A stretch of 64,000 bases of DNA from a bacterium (GTDB lineage: Bacteria; Vulcanimicrobiota; Xenobia; Xenobiales; Xenobiaceae): positions 15 to 64,014 of the forward strand of contig JAFTAM010000016.1 of NCBI GenBank assembly GCA_017458675.1, written 5' to 3'. A program made the translations under genes and the position numbers. The notes under the pieces were generated by a model, which searched no databases, was not told the DNA's origin, and was given only the letters and a program-made list of their open reading frames with translations. Shown in pieces: positions 48,348-57,575 of the stretch (positions are counted from its first letter, which is position 1; the number at the start of each line of letters is the position of its first letter).

Positions 48348-48542
48348 TAAAAATCACCTTAATAATAAAACTCAGCTTTATATTTTCCCTATCTGAACAA
48401 GCTTTCATTTTTATACAAAATATGCCTGCCTGGATATTTATGCAGTTCAATAATAAAAATGAGCGTTTATCGCAGCCGCAGGCATTTTCGCCGCCAAGCT
48501 GCAGGCGGGAGAAAAACAATTTCTATAGAAACGCCTTGACTT

Positions 48543-49598
48543 ATGATTCCCAAAAACTACCGCACCCCGGCCGCTCAGGAGGCCCTAAACCGAATATTGA
48601 AGGAAGCCTTTACGGCCGGCGATATCGCCAATTTGATGGCTTCCGTAGATTCAGAAGCCAAGCCGGAAAAGGCCCTGCAGTTCTTTGACGCCTCCGCCGT
48701 TCAGGCCGTAGCCGTAAGAACTGAAGGCCGCTGCGCCGGCTGGCTCAAGCGAGAGGACTGCCTGAATTCGGAAGCTTCCTCGTGTGCGGAAATTATGCGT
48801 CCCTTCTCGGAGCATCCGGTCATAAGCGACCGCGCGCCCCTGCAGGAGGTCATTCTGAGCCTGGCCAAGGCCTCTCCCGTCTTTGTCAAAATTCTGGGCG
48901 AGACGGCCGCCTGCATAACTCTGCGCGACATCCAGGACGCCCCGGTGCGCATGTGGCTGTTCGGCCTGATCTCCTTAATGGAAATGCTCATGTACCGAGG
49001 CGTGGTCAGTCAGATGCCCGGCGATACCTGGAAGGAATTTATTTCCCCGGGACGTCTGGCCCGAACCGAGGCTCTCTGGGAAGAGAGGCTCAGACGCGGA
49101 GAAAAGATCGCGCTGATTGACTGCCTGCAGTTTGCCGACAAGGCCGATATACTGCTGCGCAACCCCAAGACCGCCGACGCTCTCCACTTCGCCTCGCGCC
49201 GCAAAGGTCAGGAATACTTTTCGGAGCTGGAAAACCTGCGCAACAACTTAGTCCATTCCCAGCTTTTAACCGAGGAGAATATGCCTACCATCACTTCCCT
49301 GGCTCTGACCATGGACATACTGCTGATGGTAGAAAGCACCCCGCTCATGCCTAACTCCGACAAGCCCATACAGGACTTCAACAACCTGGCCGAGCTCATA
49401 CAAAAGCACCGCGGCGATTTCCCGGCCCTGGCCTCCCTGCCCGGCATCGTCATTCCCCCGCCCACTCCCAAGGGGAAGCTCCCTCCCCAGCGCAAAGCGC
49501 CCAAGCCGCCCAAAACTCCCCAGACTCCGGAGGCCGCCAAGGCGGCTGAAGAAGCGGCTCTGCGGCGCCGGCAGCGCCTGGAAAGCCAAAACTCGTAA
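48543..49598 (+). CDS. Hypothetical protein with Pro-rich basic C-terminal tail; contains an Rx4H (HEPN-like) motif ENLRNNLVHS
   Basis: ORF with terminator downstream; motif observation only. Confidence 0.5.
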   Translation: MIPKNYRTPAAQEALNRILKEAFTAGDIANLMASVDSEAKPEKALQFFDASAVQAVAVRTEGRCAGWLKREDCLNSEASSCAEIMRPFSEHPVISDRAPLQEVILSLAKASPVFVKILGETAACITLRDIQDAPVRMWLFGLISLMEMLMYRGVVSQMPGDTWKEFISPGRLARTEALWEERLRRGEKIALIDCLQFADKADILLRNPKTADALHFASRRKGQEYFSELENLRNNLVHSQLLTEENMPTITSLALTMDILLMVESTPLMPNSDKPIQDFNNLAELIQKHRGDFPALASLPGIVIPPPTPKGKLPPQRKAPKPPKTPQTPEAAKAAEEAALRRRQRLESQNS

Positions 49599-49623
49599 TT
49601 ATTTGTCTCTATTCATTTTCAGA

Positions 49624-49657
49624 CTGCGGCAATTGATTATTCCGCAGTTTTTTTTTG
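49624..49657 (+). terminator. Rho-independent terminator after 48543-49598
   Basis: Stem ctgcgg/ccgcag with 12-nt loop then T9. Confidence 0.6.
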
Positions 49658-49745
49658 CCCAGACCGGCTGCCCGTACAAGGGAAGTTTTTAAATATTTTT
49701 TTACTTTAATAGCTTTCCCGACGGGAGGAAAGCAAGCCTCAGCCT

Positions 49746-51596
49746 TTGAAAACGCAGACCACTATGACAAACACCACCTGCAAAAATCAAAAGCTTGTAG
49801 CCTGGGTCGAGAAGATCGCCCAGCTTTGCACTCCGGACAAGATTCACTGGTGCGACGGCAGCCAGGAAGAGTATGACCGCCTCTGCCAGGAAATGGTCGA
49901 ATCCGGAACCTTTATCAGATTAAACCCCGAAAAGCGTCCCAACAGCTTTTTGGCCCGTTCCGACCCCGGAGATGTAGACCGAGTCGAAGACCGCACCTTC
50001 ATCTGCACGACCAAGCGTGAAGACGCCGGCCCCACCAACAACTGGATGGCCCCCGACAAGATGAAGGAAATCCTGCGCGGCCACTTCAAGGGCTCCATGA
50101 AGGGCCGTACCATGTACGTCATTCCCTTCAGCATGGGTCCCTTAGGCTCGCACATCGCCCAGATCGGCGTCGAAATCACCGACAGTCCTTACGTTGTCTG
50201 CAACATGCGCATTATGACCCGCATGGGCGCCAAGGTTCTGGACATCCTCGGCGAAGACGGCGAGTTCGTCCCCTGCCTGCACAGCGTCGGCGCTCCCCTT
50301 GAGCCCGGACAGAAAGACGTCGCCTGGCCCTGCGACGCCGACAATAAGTACATCGTTCACTTCCCCGAAGAGAACTCCATCGTATCCTACGGCTCCGGCT
50401 ACGGCGGCAACGCTCTGCTCGGCAAGAAGTGCCTGGCTCTGCGCATCGCCACCAACATGGCCCACCGCGAGGGCTGGCTGGCCGAGCACATGCTCATCCT
50501 GGGCGCCGAGTCTCCCGAAGGCGAAACCACCTATGTGGCCGCCGCTTTCCCCAGCGCCTGCGGAAAGACCAACTTCGCCATGCTCATTCCTCCCGAGAGC
50601 TTTAAAGCCAAAGGCTGGAAGATCTGGACCATCGGCGACGACATCGCCTGGATCAAGCCCGGCAAAGACGGACGCTTCTACGCCATCAACCCTGAAAACG
50701 GCTTCTTCGGCGTAGCTCCCGGAACCTCCGAAAAGTCCAACTACAACGCCATGGCCAGCTGCCGCGCCAACACCATCTTCACCAACGTGGCTCTGACCGA
50801 CGACGGCGACGTCTGGTGGGAAGGCATGACCAAAGAGGCTCCCGCTCACCTGATCGACTGGCAGGGCGCCGACTGGACGCCTGACTGCGGACGTCCCGCC
50901 GCTCACCCCAACTCCCGCTTCACCGCGCCCATTCATCAGTGCCCTTCGATCTCTCCCGAGACCGAAAACAGCAACGGCGTGCCCATCTCCGCCTTCATCT
51001 TCGGAGGCCGCATGAGCACCACCATGCCTCTGGTATATCAGGCCTTTAACTGGGCTCACGGCGTTTATATGGCAGCCACCGTCGGTTCCGAAAAGACCGC
51101 CGCGGCCAACGGCAAGATCGGCGAAGTCCGCCGCGACCCGTTCGCCATGCTGCCCTTCTGCGGCTACAACATGGGCGACTACTTCGATCACTGGTTCAAT
51201 ATGGGCCGCAAGAATACCATGCCCATTCCCATCTTCCGCGTCAACTGGTTCCTCAAGAAGGACGGCAAGTTCTTATGGCCCGGCTTCGGCGACAATATGC
51301 GCGTCCTGAAGTGGATCATCGACAGAGTTCACGGCCGCGCCAAGGCGATCGAGAGCCCCGTCGGCTTAATGCCCACCTATGAGGACATCGACTGGACCGG
51401 CCTCGACATCACCAGAGAAGACTTCGACGTCCTGATGACCGTCGACAAGAAAGCCTGGAAGAATGAGCTGCTGCTTCAGGAAGAGCTCTTCATGCGCCTC
51501 AGCGAGCGTCTGCCCCGCGAGATGATCATGGAGCGCCAGCAGTTCCTCAGCCGCCTCAACCGTTCCAACGACGTCTGGACTCCTCCTCACAACTAA
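49746..51596 (+). CDS. pckG: Phosphoenolpyruvate carboxykinase (GTP-dependent)
   Basis: Characteristic GTP-PEPCK sequence throughout (FPSACGKTN kinase-1a P-loop, [36 protein letters not shown]). Confidence 0.95.
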   Translation: MKTQTTMTNTTCKNQKLVAWVEKIAQLCTPDKIHWCDGSQEEYDRLCQEMVESGTFIRLNPEKRPNSFLARSDPGDVDRVEDRTFICTTKREDAGPTNNWMAPDKMKEILRGHFKGSMKGRTMYVIPFSMGPLGSHIAQIGVEITDSPYVVCNMRIMTRMGAKVLDILGEDGEFVPCLHSVGAPLEPGQKDVAWPCDADNKYIVHFPEENSIVSYGSGYGGNALLGKKCLALRIATNMAHREGWLAEHMLILGAESPEGETTYVAAAFPSACGKTNFAMLIPPESFKAKGWKIWTIGDDIAWIKPGKDGRFYAINPENGFFGVAPGTSEKSNYNAMASCRANTIFTNVALTDDGDVWWEGMTKEAPAHLIDWQGADWTPDCGRPAAHPNSRFTAPIHQCPSISPETENSNGVPISAFIFGGRMSTTMPLVYQAFNWAHGVYMAATVGSEKTAAANGKIGEVRRDPFAMLPFCGYNMGDYFDHWFNMGRKNTMPIPIFRVNWFLKKDGKFLWPGFGDNMRVLKWIIDRVHGRAKAIESPVGLMPTYEDIDWTGLDITREDFDVLMTVDKKAWKNELLLQEELFMRLSERLPREMIMERQQFLSRLNRSNDVWTPPHN

Positions 51597-51621
51597 GGAC
51601 AGAGGTCTCTGAGTGAATAAA

Positions 51622-51656
51622 ACGCCTGTCTTAAAACAAAGGCAGGCGTTTTTTTT
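51622..51656 (+). terminator. pckG rho-independent terminator (island-proximal copy)
   Basis: acgcctgtctt/aaggcaggcgt stem followed by T8. Confidence 0.7.
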
Positions 51657-51746
51657 GCAGAAGGCGGATTCTCCGCCGCCGTTCAGAAAGGCGGCAAAAT
51701 TTCACCGGCCGCCCGAAGCTGTACTCATACGGCAGACACACGGCGG

Positions 51747-52121
51747 TTATTCAGCTTCAGCAATATCATACGGGAATTCCGGTTCTGTTCTGAAGTCCGC
51801 TCCGAATTCAGAAAAAGCTCTGACATACTTTATTATCTCTTTCGCCTTCCCGCTTATGACAAAATCCGAACTTTGCAGCAGGGATTTTGCCTCAAGATAA
51901 TTGCACTGCCTGAGCTTAGCCAGGCACTTGATCACATTGAGCTGCGGGCGGTCCGTTTTTGGAATGGTTACCGTATAAACGGTTTTATCAGCTTTAATCG
52001 GCGAAAAATATGTTGTCGCCCAACCCCATCCACACTTAGGACAAAGCATCCCACAGGAGCCAGACTCATGATAATATTCCATCAATTCACCGCATTTTTC
52101 ACAACAAGTAGTTTCAGTCAC
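51747..52121 (-). CDS. Small zinc-ribbon protein with C-terminal domain resembling ribosomal protein L7/L12 C-terminal fold
   Basis: CxxC...CxxC (CEKCG...CPKCG); C-terminal NVIKCLAKLRQCNYLEAKSLLQSSDFVISGKAKEIIKYVRAFSEFGADF patterns like L7/L12 CTD (NVIKvvRe.tGLgLKEAKdLVe.aP.vvKegvsKeEAeeiKkkLEeaGAkV). Confidence 0.5.
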   Translation of the reverse strand: MTETTCCEKCGELMEYYHESGSCGMLCPKCGWGWATTYFSPIKADKTVYTVTIPKTDRPQLNVIKCLAKLRQCNYLEAKSLLQSSDFVISGKAKEIIKYVRAFSEFGADFRTEPEFPYDIAEAE

Positions 52122-52633
52122 TGCTTTCCTCCTGGATAAAATTTTTTAAAACATCCTCTATTACTATAATCTGGCTTCTTAGGTGCATCTTGCCTACTTC
52201 CGGCTACGAAATACCTACCATTTGGATAAACCCACACTTTTTTTGTAGGTGCTTCAACGATAACGTTTAGTTTGTTAGCAAGATTTTGAGCAAAACCTTC
52301 AGATTCTGCACCAGTGTCACAAGAGAACAAACGAATTGATTTGTTTTTTAAATCTGAGTTTTTCTTAAATATCTTAGAGGCCATTCGATGATCAATTTCA
52401 ATAGAAATGCCATTATTCTGAATCTCAATAGTAGTAGAAGTTCCATGAGCAATAACATCATAAAATCCGTTTCTGTCAATATCTTTGCGTTTACGGATAA
52501 ATTTACTGAAATTATCATTAAAAGACATATAATCTACACTACCAGGAACAGCCAAACTACCATATGTGTTTGAATAAATTCCACTTTTTCCAGCTCCCAT
52601 TTTTACATCCGCCTCTTTCTGCAAGAAATCCAA
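52118..52633 (-). CDS. Hypothetical 171-aa protein with His...Cys dyad arrangement (VIAHGT ... RLFSCDTGA) suggestive of a caspase-like (clan CD) peptidase/toxin domain
   Basis: Conserved-looking HG then xCxxG spacing typical of the caspase/gingipain/CPD fold; overlaps neighbours by 4 and 31 nt (operon). Confidence 0.45.
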   Translation of the reverse strand: MDFLQKEADVKMGAGKSGIYSNTYGSLAVPGSVDYMSFNDNFSKFIRKRKDIDRNGFYDVIAHGTSTTIEIQNNGISIEIDHRMASKIFKKNSDLKNKSIRLFSCDTGAESEGFAQNLANKLNVIVEAPTKKVWVYPNGRYFVAGSRQDAPKKPDYSNRGCFKKFYPGGKQ

Positions 52634-53277
52634 TCAGGATAATGCACAAATTTAGTTTTGTTAATAACATCTGCAAAAATGGAATCAGGCATTGCACCAT
52701 ATACAAGTACAACTTCTGGCAGTAATTCTTCTAACATTGCCTTAAGACCATGTTTAAAAAAATACTTATCTTCTCTGCTACGAATTCCTCCATAAGTGCC
52801 TATAGACACAATACTATGCTTCGGAATTCCAAGGAATGCGAATTTTTCTGGAAGTATTTTTGTAGTATAACTACGTTCATCACCCCAGCGAATATTCGGT
52901 ATTACATAAACGCCACGTTTTTGATAATAATAGCCCACTGCACGATTTCTATAAGTATTTGACATCTGTGCTTGCAGAGGCATGTCACGATACAAAGAAT
53001 TATCTAATGTAACAATACCTGCAAAAGTTTTTATCAATTCATAGTACTTCTCAGGATTTTTTAAAATATCACTAAACTCAATATCATATTCATAAAACGT
53101 GACAAATTCAGAATGATCGCCACTTTGAGAAATTTTAGAAAATGGAATCACACGTTTAGGGATAATAATTTCCGATGGTTTCTCAATACAAGGCATTTCA
53201 AGAATACCATCAAACTTTGCGCCTTCAACAAATTCAGGATTAAAGCCATCATCAATTATAATTTTATGTTTAGGCAT
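52603..53277 (-). CDS. Hypothetical 224-aa protein (island cargo, first gene of three-gene operon)
   Basis: AT-rich ORF; no domain confidently recognised. Confidence 0.5.
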   Translation of the reverse strand: MPKHKIIIDDGFNPEFVEGAKFDGILEMPCIEKPSEIIIPKRVIPFSKISQSGDHSEFVTFYEYDIEFSDILKNPEKYYELIKTFAGIVTLDNSLYRDMPLQAQMSNTYRNRAVGYYYQKRGVYVIPNIRWGDERSYTTKILPEKFAFLGIPKHSIVSIGTYGGIRSREDKYFFKHGLKAMLEELLPEVVLVYGAMPDSIFADVINKTKFVHYPDWISCRKRRM

Positions 53278-53499
53278 AATAGCTCCATTCTACTTAAAAA
53301 CGCAACATAAAACCGTATCAATCAATAAAGTACACAGATTATTAATTGACAAAATAATATAAATGTGCTATTATGCAATATAGTTATATGTGTTCAATAG
53401 CACTTAACATTAAAACGCATGTTTTTACTGCGGCAACAGTTAATTCGTGCGTTTTTCTATTTTACAGGTAAAACATTGCAATTTAAGTATAGATAATAA

Positions 53500-54597
53500 T
53501 TAATCTCTAAATAAAGAAAGAAGATCGTAGTAAAAATACAAACGATTTCTTTTTTTACCATCTGTAAATAATAACCCCCTTTCAACCATAATATTCAAAT
53601 ATCTATTAATTGTCGCTAAAGGAATGCCTGTGAATTCATGTAAAAGTCTAGCATCAAATATCGGCATCTGATATATCCCATCAATGATTTTAACTATACT
53701 GCTAGATGATTTAATAAGTCCACATGCTATTTCCATATGCTTTGAATATAACTCATTAACATTAGAAATTATTTGAACATATTTTTTACATTGCTTTGCG
53801 ATAATATCTAAAAAAAATTTAATCCAATCATTCCATTTTTCAGGCAAACGCGTATCATTCAACATTTTGTAATATTTAAGTTGATCTCTTTCAAGCGCCT
53901 CACTAATAAAGAAATAAGGAAGTTCTAACTGTGATTGAAAATAAAGATATAAAGGAATCAAAATCCTGCCAACACGTCCATTTCCATCACTAAAAGGATG
54001 AATAGTTTCAAATTGCGCATGAACAATAGCAACTCTAATCAATGGATGAATTCTATCTGTAGGTGAATTTAAATATTGAATAAAATCTTTCATTAGCTGT
54101 GATACTCGTTCTGGCTCTGGTGGAATATAAACAAGTGTTCCATCATTTTTTCCAACATAATTTTGATGATCTCTATATTCGCCTACAGAATTTTCATTTT
54201 TTCTTACTTTTCCACTCATTAATTGTTTATGTATAATCTTAAAAAAATCATCAGAAAAATCCCCTCTTTTAAGCATATGAAACCCAATTTGCGTAGCTGT
54301 AAAATAATTATCTACTTCATTTAAATTTTTATTATCCTCATCACGTACAATTTTATTAATTAATACACCATCTAAAGTAGCTTGAGTTCCTTCCATCATA
54401 GAAGATTTCATAGCTTCTTTTTGTTGTAAAGTTGGCATAAACCAATTTGGATTAACTTTACTGTCTTTAATTTTTTCCTTATAAACTTCAAACATCGATA
54501 CTGCCTGAATTAATTCATCAAGAAATACACTATAATCCAGAATTCCATAGGCTTCCGGTAATGGTTTTGGCGCATAAGGTTTTTTCATATTACTCAA
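53500..54597 (-). CDS. Fic family protein, class II-like (canonical HPFSDGNGRVGR motif plus N-terminal inhibitory SxxxEG motif SSMMEG)
   Basis: HPFxDGNGRxxR at ~res 200; [ST]xxxE[GN] at ~res 65; AT-rich codon usage unlike the host genes. Confidence 0.85.
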   Translation of the reverse strand: MSNMKKPYAPKPLPEAYGILDYSVFLDELIQAVSMFEVYKEKIKDSKVNPNWFMPTLQQKEAMKSSMMEGTQATLDGVLINKIVRDEDNKNLNEVDNYFTATQIGFHMLKRGDFSDDFFKIIHKQLMSGKVRKNENSVGEYRDHQNYVGKNDGTLVYIPPEPERVSQLMKDFIQYLNSPTDRIHPLIRVAIVHAQFETIHPFSDGNGRVGRILIPLYLYFQSQLELPYFFISEALERDQLKYYKMLNDTRLPEKWNDWIKFFLDIIAKQCKKYVQIISNVNELYSKHMEIACGLIKSSSSIVKIIDGIYQMPIFDARLLHEFTGIPLATINRYLNIMVERGLLFTDGKKRNRLYFYYDLLSLFRD

Positions 54598-54720
54598 TAT
54601 TTTATCTCCTAAATCATAGAATACTCTAATATAGAATCATTGTCAATAGTTTTTGAGCGGGATTTTCTTTTTTTTTATTTATAAAGTCAATATCAATACA
54701 TTATTGTCATAAAATATTCT

Positions 54721-55233
54721 GTCGGTTCCGAAAAGACCGCCGCGGCCAACGGCAAGATCGGCGAAGTCCGCCGCGATCCGTTCGTCATGCTGCCTTTCTG
54801 CGGCTACAACATGGGCGACTACTTCGACCACTGGTTCAATATGGGCCGCAAGAATACCATGCCCGTTCCCATCTTCCGCGTCAACTGGTTCCTCAAGAAG
54901 GACGGCAAGTTCTTATGGCCCGGCTTCGGCGACAATATGCGCGTCCTGAAGTGGATCATCTACAGAGTTCACGGTCGCGCCAAAGCTGTTGAGAGCCCCG
55001 TCGGCTTAATGCCCACCTATGAAGACATTGACTGGACCGGCCTCGACATCACCAGAGAAGACTTCGACATACGGATGACCGTCGACAAGAAGGCCTGGAA
55101 GAATGAGCTGCTTCAGGAAGAGCTCTTCATGCGCCACAGCGAGCGTCTCCCCTGCGAGATGATCATGGAACGCCAGCAGTTCCTCAGCCGCCTCAATCGT
55201 TCCAACGACCTCTGGACTCCTCCTCACAACTAA
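54721..55233 (+). pseudogene. Displaced, decaying duplicate of the pckG 3' end (encodes only the last 148 codons)
   Basis: ~97% nt identity to 51081-51596, with a 3-bp deletion and several nonsynonymous changes (IDRVHG to IYRVHG, VLMTV to [15 protein letters not shown] to [10 protein letters not shown]). Confidence 0.8.
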
Positions 55234-55258
55234 GGACAGAGGTCTCTGAGTAAATAGA

Positions 55259-55293
55259 ACGCCTGTCTTCAAATCGAGGCAGGCGTTTTTTTT
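55259..55293 (+). terminator. Duplicated pckG terminator (distal copy)
   Basis: acgcctgtctt/gaggcaggcgt stem followed by T8. Confidence 0.6.
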
Positions 55294-55429
55294 ATCGACA
55301 AAAATTTATGTTTTGGCAAAAGATCTTTAGAGCACGCTAAGAAATGACAATTCGTTAAGCTGGACGTTTATCGTTTTCACTCTATAATGCATTCATTCTT
55401 CAGATTTTGCATTATATAACTAAATCAAA

Positions 55430-56038
55430 ATGACCTCTGCAGACTTAAGTACAAACAGTCCGCCGCCCGTCACCCTCTGGCGGCTCTTTCGGGAAATGCT
55501 GCTGATCAGCTCCTGCACCTTCGGCGGCGGCTTTGTCATTGTGGCCTTTATCCAGGAAAAATTCGTGGATAAACTCAAATGGCTGGAGACCGAGGAGATG
55601 CTCGACATAATATCGGCCGCCCAGTCCGCGCCCGGACCGGTGGCCGCCAACACCTCGGTCATGCTGGGCTATAAGCTGGCCGGCATTCCCGGCGCGCTGC
55701 TGTCTCTGCTGGCGACCTCGCTGCCGCCGCTGCTCATCATGATCCTGGCCGCCGAATTTTTCGACAGACTCAGCGACAACCGCTTCTGCCAGATCTTTTT
55801 CAAATACTCCCGCCTGGCCATTGCCGCCGTTACGATCAACGTAACTTGGAACCTGGTCCTGACCGTAAAAAGCAAGCTGGGCGCCTCCGCGCTCTTTGCC
55901 GGGGCCGTAATCGCTCTGATGATGGTATTCTTAAAAATACCTACGGCATATTATATCGTCTTCGGAGGCCTTTTCGGATACTGCTTCTATAAAAATCCGC
56001 CGTCCAAGGACCAAAAAGCCGAAGGAGTTCAGCCATGA
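55430..56038 (+). CDS. Chromate transporter (CHR family) short-chain subunit 1
   Basis: FGGGFVIVAFIQEKFV...SAAQSAPGPVAANTS CHR signature; 202 aa; 4-nt overlap with partner. Confidence 0.8.
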   Translation: MTSADLSTNSPPPVTLWRLFREMLLISSCTFGGGFVIVAFIQEKFVDKLKWLETEEMLDIISAAQSAPGPVAANTSVMLGYKLAGIPGALLSLLATSLPPLLIMILAAEFFDRLSDNRFCQIFFKYSRLAIAAVTINVTWNLVLTVKSKLGASALFAGAVIALMMVFLKIPTAYYIVFGGLFGYCFYKNPPSKDQKAEGVQP

Positions 56039-56643
56039 TCGCTCTGAGCACCCTGCTGAATCTGTATTACACCTTCTTCTGCATCGGCATCGTCTGCTTC
56101 GGAGGCGGATACGCCGCCGTCAAGCTGACCCAGGAGCAGGTCGTCTCCGTCAACGGCTGGCTGACCTTCGACCAGTTTTCCCAGATTCTGGCCATCTCGG
56201 AAATGACTCCCGGACCTCTGGCTCTCAATGCGGCCAGCTTCGTGGGGACAAAATTAGCCGGCTGGCCGGGCGCGGTTTTCGCCACTCTGGGCCTGCTGAC
56301 CGCCCCCGCCCTGATAACCGGCGGCCTGGCCTGGCTCTACGGCCGCTATAAGGAGTGTCAGAGCGTCGAGGCAGTTCTCAATGGCATAAAACCGGTCGTC
56401 ATCGGCATGCTGGCCTCCGTGGCCGTCTCCTTTACGGCCAGGGGCGTAAATATCTGTCAGGACTTCAGCGACATGGAGGCCCTAAAAGAAAGCCTGCCTG
56501 ATTTTTCATGGCCGTCGGTCTTTTTTATCGCTCTGCTCCTCTGCGGGCTCAGGTTCAAAAAGTTCAACTCCATAAGCGCCATTCTCGGCATTGGACTTTT
56601 CGGCATTCTCCTGGAGCTCATTATCCCGCAGTTTCATTTATAA
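56035..56643 (+). CDS. Chromate transporter (CHR family) short-chain subunit 2
   Basis: FGGGYAAVKLTQEQVV...EMTPGPLALNAASFVG; paired with upstream half as in split ChrA systems. Confidence 0.8.
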   Translation: MIALSTLLNLYYTFFCIGIVCFGGGYAAVKLTQEQVVSVNGWLTFDQFSQILAISEMTPGPLALNAASFVGTKLAGWPGAVFATLGLLTAPALITGGLAWLYGRYKECQSVEAVLNGIKPVVIGMLASVAVSFTARGVNICQDFSDMEALKESLPDFSWPSVFFIALLLCGLRFKKFNSISAILGIGLFGILLELIIPQFHL

Positions 56644-56653
56644 ATCTGCCCCG

Positions 56654-57574
56654 CTACCAATCGTCCGGCAGAAAGAAACCGTCTTCGCCGAAAGGGTCGC
56701 CGCCTCTGCTGAATACCATCTGCCTGGACCAGCTTTTCATAAGCGGATTTCCGGCAAAGCCGTCCGCTCCGGCGGGCAAAGTGAAAGTACATTCCCTCCC
56801 CTTATATGCGGCAATTTCAAAGATTAACTCAAAACGGTCCGCCAAAAACTCATCAAAAAAGCCTTCTTCTCCCTCTAAGGCGTAGCCGATTAGTTCATGC
56901 CTGCCATTATACAAACCATAAGCCCGGCCGCAGCTCTGCAGCTTCCATTCCATATCAGACACGGAGCGGGCCAGAAAACCGTTCTGCACAAAACCAGCAT
57001 AGCACGAACAAAGAGCGGAAGCCTCAGCCGGGCCGACCTCTTTAAGGCGCGCTCTGCTTCCCTCCGCCGGCGGAGAAGAAACTGTCAAAAGACAATGGCC
57101 CCCTTTAACTTCAAAGCCGAATCGCTCATAAAATTCCGGGATAAAAGTAGAAAGGACCAGAACCTGCCAGCCATTTGCGGCCATATCGGCCTGAATCCGC
57201 CGCAAAATACTTCCGCTCAGCCCCAAGCCCCGCCATTCTTTGTCGGTGCATACTCCGACAATAAAGCCGCAGGGGATAAAAGTACCCGTCTTTTGGGCAA
57301 AAATCTCCCGCGTAAACACCGCGGCCATACTGATCAGCCTGTCGCCGCAAGCTATTCCGTATACGGCGGCTTTTTCAAGATAGTGCAGAATTAAGTTCTC
57401 GTTCCCGGCGTCCTCGGGAAAGCAGGCGCCCCAAAGCGCAAAGATCTGTTTCCCCGACCGGCATAATCCGGCAGTAAACCGGCTGTTTCCGAGAGTAATG
57501 CTCCCCTGTGCAAAAAGCGAAGCGGGATTCTGCTTCATAACGCTCTTTAAAGCGCCGACCGGCGACAAATCCAC
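56654..57574 (-). CDS. GNAT family N-acetyltransferase (with C-terminal extension)
   Basis: Acetyl-CoA-binding motif VCTDKEWRGLGLSGSILRRI. Confidence 0.65.
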   Translation of the reverse strand: MDLSPVGALKSVMKQNPASLFAQGSITLGNSRFTAGLCRSGKQIFALWGACFPEDAGNENLILHYLEKAAVYGIACGDRLISMAAVFTREIFAQKTGTFIPCGFIVGVCTDKEWRGLGLSGSILRRIQADMAANGWQVLVLSTFIPEFYERFGFEVKGGHCLLTVSSPPAEGSRARLKEVGPAEASALCSCYAGFVQNGFLARSVSDMEWKLQSCGRAYGLYNGRHELIGYALEGEEGFFDEFLADRFELIFEIAAYKGRECTFTLPAGADGFAGNPLMKSWSRQMVFSRGGDPFGEDGFFLPDDW

Positions 57575-57575
57575 G

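Larger units (their letters stand above)
51657..54720. mobile_element. ~3.06-kb AT-rich genomic island inserted at the pckG 3' end, bounded by ~575-bp direct repeats (51081-51656 and 54721-55293); no integrase present
   Basis: Abrupt drop in GC (visibly AT-rich from ~52100 to 54720); direct repeats ~97% identical including a duplicated terminator; cargo = Fic + three small overlapping genes. Confidence 0.6.

Noticed and set aside
54787-55233. 148-aa ORF identical to the pckG C-terminus as an independent gene
   Set aside because: No upstream domains, starts mid-fold, carries damaging substitutions; best explained as the displaced pckG tail (pseudogene) created by island insertion.
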